From Thermoplasmata archaeon (GTDB lineage: Archaea > Thermoplasmatota > Thermoplasmata > SG8-5), in NCBI GenBank assembly GCA_028703755.1, contig JAQVMG010000002.1, positions 1-37,625 of the forward strand: a stretch of DNA of 37,625 nt, in the 5' to 3' direction. The notes under the pieces were generated by a model. It saw only the letters and a list, made by a program, of their open reading frames with translations. It was not told the DNA's origin and searched no databases. Position 1 is the first letter of the stretch; each line of letters opens with the position of its first letter. This document shows, piece after piece, positions 33,437 through 37,625 of the stretch. The translations under genes and the position numbers were made by a program.

Positions 33437-36400
33437 ATGAACTGGAGAGCAGCACTGATTGTGAGCTTGTTATTGACCAGCACGATAGTACTTGGGTCAA
33501 ACGCGGCAGCCGCGCCATTCACAGGCACTGTGATTCTGTATGACGGCACGTACCATGCCCAGGACTATTTTGAACCGTCCGACGACATCTATTTTGATGT
33601 GACGGTCTACGATGCGGGAGCGCCTGCACAGTACGAGGCAGTGAATGTTGTAATTGTTGGCGACGGAATCATCGGCGAGGTCTTCAATGACACATACACA
33701 ACTGACAGTTACGGCCAATTTTCCGGCTATGACGGCGATGACTTCTGGTACACGCATGATATCGGCGATTACGTCATGTATGTGAACGTAACCAACGCAA
33801 GTGCGGTTGCACACCCGTTCACGATATACGACGCGGTTCCGTGGGAAGCAACCGGGTGGACAGAGAATTACGACGATGATGTGACCGACATATTCACCGA
33901 GGACCAGACCGTATACCTCTATTTCCAGGTCCTTGACCAGTTCGGAAACCCGTTCGACGGCTCCTCCTGGGATGTAACATACCAGATAATGCACAACGGC
34001 TATTCTGTCGATTCCGGCGGATTGGCCACAAATGTTTCCGGCGGCGACAGTGAGTATTACTATACATATTATGAATACGCCGACCAATTCGGCCTCTACA
34101 ACGTCCAGGTATTCAATTCCGCCTCTCCGCCCGATCAGATAGGCGAGTTCAACTTCACAGTTATCCTTCCCGAGGTTGCAATTGTCAGGCCGCAGTACTT
34201 CGGCACTGACAGAAGCGTCTTCGTTCCCGGCGAGAATGTCGGATACTCTGTCCAGCTTCTGTACGATGTCACAGAGACATACGACAGTGACAGCTACGCG
34301 ACAAGAATCGTCCTCTTCAAGCAGGGCACACCCGGCACACTTGCCAATGACACACTCTCAACCAACGACGTTGGCTACACATACGATTATTATTTCTACA
34401 GTATCGGCAGCTCGGACACATACAAGGGAACATACCACATACAGGTATTCACCCATGAATGGGACCTGATAGGGTCCGCGACGTTCATGGTCATTGATCT
34501 GGACATCGCGATACTGCCGGAGAAATCAGTGTATGCCCAGGGCGACGAAGTTGTGATCGAGATAACGACATCCCTTGAAGACCCCTATGAAGTTCAGATA
34601 GCCAACAGCGCGCATATCGAGCTCGAGGATTCGTCATGGAACGTACCGGCTCACTCGACCGAGTGGGTCCGCGACTACACGATGCCGAACGAGGATGACG
34701 GTTATTACTATGTGGACGTATACGTCGACAGCCTGAGAGTCGGCTCCTACGGTTTCGAACTGAAGAAATTCACCATAGAAGCAAGGCTGAGCAGCAGCAA
34801 TCTCCTTCCGGGCCAGACCGCAACCGTGTTCTGGAGAGCCGTTGACAACCACGACGGAGGGCCCATCAGCATCGACGGTGAAACCCATATGTTCTATTAT
34901 GACGACTCTTACCTCTACGTCACAGACACGCTGGACGACATCGCCGGATCCTCAGGAAGCTTTGCATTCACCGTTCCGAACGATGCATACATTGGCGGAT
35001 ACGGCGGAATCACCATTGATGCAGAGGACTCAAGCGAGCACTTTGATTCAACGACTGTACAGTTCCAGGTCGGTTCCCTGTACGTCTCCGTGACCACCGA
35101 CAGAACCTCATACCGGCCGGGCGAATCAGTGTACATGACATTCTCATCCCGTGTGCAGGGCACATCCACCATGGTCCCGGACGTCGGGATCAGGGCGGAA
35201 GTTCAGCACAATGATGACAGGGTCGGCTCCAGCTGGACAATGGACACAAACAACGGCGGATATGTGGATTATGTTTTCACCATCCCAAGCGAGGCTGCGG
35301 ATGGCACATACATCATAATCATAAACGCCACATTCAACCCGAACAGCGACATGACTTATGACGGCACAGGTGATTTCACTGTGACCTCGGACCCGTACAT
35401 ATCGCTCATTCTCTACCAGGAGAAGGCTTTCTATGCCCCGGGCGACACCGTGAATGTGCCCTACAGGGTTCTTAGGGACGGCGTCGAGACAACCGATGCC
35501 CAGGTGTCTTACGAAGCAGAAATCGGAAATGGCGGTTGGGGCGACATGACCATTGCCCTAGGATTTGGCAGCGGGGGCTCATTCAGCATTTCCCTTCCCG
35601 CCGGAGTCGAGGGCATATTGAGTATATCCGCCATGGCGCTCACAACAGACGGTTTCACAGCCGGTGATTACCTTTCCAACATCGAAGTTTCCAGCGGCCA
35701 ACTCGTTCTCTTCACTTCCAAGAGTGCCTACATGCCGGGCGAAACAATCAACTGGTTCTACATGCTGAACGGCGACACCGAGACAAGCGCTTACTACCGC
35801 ATTCTGGATCCGACTGGGGCGTTACTCGCGGAAGGCACACCTACAACTGGTAACTTCAGCTACACGCTTCCGCTCGAATATGCAGTGAACCCGACAGCAT
35901 ACCTCTATGTTGTGGGCGGTTCTGGAACCTACATCGGCTACGATATTGCATATGTCTACTCCGGGTACCTGATTGATTTCAGCATACTCAGTGAATCGTA
36001 TGCGCCGGGCGACATGATGCAGATCAACTACACGATAATTAAGATCGGTGAAGGCCCAGATGAAGCAAACGGCTTCATGATTTATATATCCATAAGGGGC
36101 GAACGCGTTGATCAGATATGGGTAACCGAGATGTTCGGCACTCTCCAGTACCAGATACCCGCCGATATCCGCGACGGAACCCACATAGTCGAGGTGTCCC
36201 TTTCCGATTACGACGAACAAACACAGACTGTGATTATTGACTCGGATGCAGGAAGCCTTGCCTACGGCACCATAATGGGCATGAATGCGGGTGCATTCAT
36301 CGTCCTGATACTGGCCATAATCGCACTGGTGATAGCCATAATCGGCGTCGTTAAGTTCAGAAAGCTGGCCAAGAGATTGGACGCTGTGGAATCCCCGGAA

Positions 36401-36502
36401 CCCGAGGCAGATGAGCCCGAAGCCCCCGAGGCTCCGGAAAGCCCGGATGCCCAGGACGGGACATACCCCCCGCCGCCACCGCCTGAACAATACAACCCGT
36501 GA
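33437..36502 (+). CDS. Large surface protein with a signal peptide, about 9-10 MG/Ig-like beta-sandwich repeats, a TM anchor and an acidic, proline-rich cytoplasmic tail
   Basis: The signal peptide is MNWRAALIVSLLLTSTIVLGSNAAAAP. A motif Y/F-x-P-G-E/D-x-V recurs about every 100 aa (FVPGENVGY, YAQGDEVVI, LLPGQTATV, YRPGESVYM, YAPGDTVNV, YMPGETINW, YAPGDMMQI), as in macroglobulin-type MG domains. The TM helix is AFIVLILAIIALVIAIIGVV. The tail runs ...PEPEADEPEAPEAPESPDAQDGTYPPPPPPEQYNP. Confidence 0.8.
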   Translation: MNWRAALIVSLLLTSTIVLGSNAAAAPFTGTVILYDGTYHAQDYFEPSDDIYFDVTVYDAGAPAQYEAVNVVIVGDGIIGEVFNDTYTTDSYGQFSGYDGDDFWYTHDIGDYVMYVNVTNASAVAHPFTIYDAVPWEATGWTENYDDDVTDIFTEDQTVYLYFQVLDQFGNPFDGSSWDVTYQIMHNGYSVDSGGLATNVSGGDSEYYYTYYEYADQFGLYNVQVFNSASPPDQIGEFNFTVILPEVAIVRPQYFGTDRSVFVPGENVGYSVQLLYDVTETYDSDSYATRIVLFKQGTPGTLANDTLSTNDVGYTYDYYFYSIGSSDTYKGTYHIQVFTHEWDLIGSATFMVIDLDIAILPEKSVYAQGDEVVIEITTSLEDPYEVQIANSAHIELEDSSWNVPAHSTEWVRDYTMPNEDDGYYYVDVYVDSLRVGSYGFELKKFTIEARLSSSNLLPGQTATVFWRAVDNHDGGPISIDGETHMFYYDDSYLYVTDTLDDIAGSSGSFAFTVPNDAYIGGYGGITIDAEDSSEHFDSTTVQFQVGSLYVSVTTDRTSYRPGESVYMTFSSRVQGTSTMVPDVGIRAEVQHNDDRVGSSWTMDTNNGGYVDYVFTIPSEAADGTYIIIINATFNPNSDMTYDGTGDFTVTSDPYISLILYQEKAFYAPGDTVNVPYRVLRDGVETTDAQVSYEAEIGNGGWGDMTIALGFGSGGSFSISLPAGVEGILSISAMALTTDGFTAGDYLSNIEVSSGQLVLFTSKSAYMPGETINWFYMLNGDTETSAYYRILDPTGALLAEGTPTTGNFSYTLPLEYAVNPTAYLYVVGGSGTYIGYDIAYVYSGYLIDFSILSESYAPGDMMQINYTIIKIGEGPDEANGFMIYISIRGERVDQIWVTEMFGTLQYQIPADIRDGTHIVEVSLSDYDEQTQTVIIDSDAGSLAYGTIMGMNAGAFIVLILAIIALVIAIIGVVKFRKLAKRLDAVESPEPEADEPEAPEAPESPDAQDGTYPPPPPPEQYNP

Positions 36503-36511
36503 ACAGCGAAT

Positions 36512-36560
36512 AGCCATGCCCGCACAGGGCATGGCACTTTTCCATTTTTCAATTATTTTT
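36512..36560 (+). terminator. Hairpin GCCATGCCC-gcaca-GGGCATGGC followed by T-runs
   Basis: The perfect 9-bp stem starts 10 nt after the stop of the 1,021-aa gene. ACTTTTCCATTTTTCAATTATTTTT follows. Confidence 0.65.
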
Positions 36561-36617
36561 AGATTTGCGAAATGAAAAACTGCCTGCTGAAAATAGTAAA
36601 AAATGTATGAAGCAGGG

Positions 36618-36872
36618 TTATTTGACCTGTTCCAGTTGGCTGATTATATTCCAGATGAGCGTGCGTCCGTGAAGCGGGATGTTCGGGTCATTGGCCATCT
36701 CGTCCAACTTTGATATCGCCCCGGCAACCCTAACGTCCAGAGCTTCCTCTCTCTTCCTGAGCCGGTCCTTGCATTCGACGGCTCCGCGCCTGATGTTCCT
36801 CGGGACTGAATTGTCCTCTGCCAATTGGTCCATGATGGTGATTATCTGTTCGAGCTGTTCCTGTGCGGTCAT
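36618..36872 (-). CDS. UPF0147-family small helical protein
   Basis: The hallmark segments are DNSVPRNIRRGA and NDPNIPLHGRTLIW. I prefer the ATG at 36872 (M13 of the tracked ORF) because GAGGTGG lies 5 nt upstream. Confidence 0.8.
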   Translation of the reverse strand: MTAQEQLEQIITIMDQLAEDNSVPRNIRRGAVECKDRLRKREEALDVRVAGAISKLDEMANDPNIPLHGRTLIWNIISQLEQVK

Positions 36873-36926
36873 GTACCCACCTCTATCATACGTAAGTTGC
36901 TCCTGCAATTAAGCGTTTCGCAAGCC

Positions 36927-37280
36927 CTATTTCTTGGCCGCCTTGGAATTTCCGGCCTGCTCGCTTTCGAAAAGGAGAGTTCCGGATTCTTTGAAAGGCG
37001 TCACGACCATCATTGTCTTGGTTTCCTTGATCCCTTCGATTGGCGCAAGAGAATCCAGGACAAAGGATTTGAGTGCCTTGTAATTTGGGAACCTGGCCTT
37101 CAAAATAATATCCACATCGCCCGTCACCATGAAAAGTTCCTCGACAATGTCGAATTTTGAGACCCGTTTGGCGATGTTCTCGGCCTCTTTTGTGTCAATC
37201 TTCAGCATCATCATTGCCACCACCTGGTTCTCGCCGTAGTAGGTGGACAGTATTCTTTCGTAATCCTCGTTCTTTTCCAT
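36927..37280 (-). CDS. Stand-alone Lrp/AsnC-type ligand-binding (RAM) domain protein; no HTH visible
   Basis: I recognise VVAMMMLKIDTKEAENIAKRVSKFDIVEELFMVTGDVDIILKARFPNYKALKSFVLDSL...IKETKTMMV. A GGAGGA SD precedes the ATG, and a TATA-like ATTTAAAT lies ~40 nt upstream. Confidence 0.7.
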   Translation of the reverse strand: MEKNEDYERILSTYYGENQVVAMMMLKIDTKEAENIAKRVSKFDIVEELFMVTGDVDIILKARFPNYKALKSFVLDSLAPIEGIKETKTMMVVTPFKESGTLLFESEQAGNSKAAKK

Positions 37281-37625
37281 GGTACATCCTCCGATGGGAC
37301 AGAGAAGCGCTACCGATTTAAATGATTATTGCCGAAAACCCTCCGATTTTCAGGTCGGGGATGAAAGGTCAATAACATGAATCTTGGAAAAAGTAATCCG
37401 TCATGCACCGTGCATTTATTCTCAAAAAAACCAAAGCCTGTCAGCTTTGATGAAATAGGTGCGTTCGATTTTTTACATTAGTCAAAATCGGTTTGACGAG
37501 TTAGTAAATACGTCATATGGCTTATTGAAATAAACTTCCAGCCCCAGTGACAAACTCCGATTCCTTTGGGGGTTGGCAGTTCAACGCCTTTTTGACCCGG
37601 TTATGACATAGTTTAAATCGTCATT

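Noticed and set aside
33181-33543. ORF 33181..33543 (+, 120 aa), which overlaps the repeat region and the start of the 1,021-aa gene
   Set aside because: It has a non-ATG start in AT-rich repeat DNA. It runs out of frame into the signal-peptide region of the well-supported 33437 gene and shows no protein-like features.
32900-37625. An integrated element at tRNA-Gly (tRNA genes are common integration sites)
   Set aside because: The window has no integrase or recombinase downstream. I found no direct repeat of the tRNA 3' end. The downstream genes (surface protein, UPF0147, Lrp-RAM) look chromosomal.

Overview
This is an archaeal chromosomal window. Intergenic regions are AT-rich with TTTATATA-type TATA boxes, genes have GGAGG/GGTG Shine-Dalgarno sites, and many show ATGA/TAATG stop-start overlaps. 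The core (11.9-26.5 kb, + strand) is a complete, colinear euryarchaeal-type ribosomal protein supercluster: uL3-uL4-uL23-uL2-uS19-uL22-uS3-uL29-aSUI1-RNase P Rpp29-uS17-uL14-uL24-eS4-uL5-uS14-uS8-uL6-eL32-eL19-uL18-uS5-uL30-uL15-SecY. The 48-aa uS14 gene is missing from the ORF track. To the left are a minus-strand peptide ABC importer operon whose family-5 binding protein is fused to about 1,300 aa of adhesin-like repeats (1,941 aa); a four-gene cluster headed by a single-domain KaiC/RecA-like ATPase; and a nucleotide-sugar dehydrogenase. To the right are pyrH, a 2H-phosphoesterase (ThpR/LigT), two tandem TBP paralogues, a beta-helix surface protein, a membrane protein, tRNA-Gly(CCC), a 1,021-aa MG-like repeat surface protein, a UPF0147 protein and a stand-alone Lrp/AsnC RAM-domain protein. 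I recognise no transposase, integrase, CRISPR array or known defence gene. The observations most worth following are non-coding. (1) A structured element of about 240 nt lies after secY, with a diverged, inverted second copy between the two tbp genes; stems are conserved, loops differ, and its reading frame is broken. (2) An AT-rich region after tRNA-Gly holds a run of long-stem hairpins with 22-23 nt loops, one of them a perfectly duplicated 55-nt hairpin inside an otherwise diverged tandem duplication. (3) A duplicated 44-nt terminator module brackets a 173-nt spacer inside the ABC operon. Protein-level oddities are the giant binding-protein fusion and the low-complexity K/A/P- or RGG-rich extensions on many ribosomal proteins. 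All homology statements come from reading the sequences; no database search was run.
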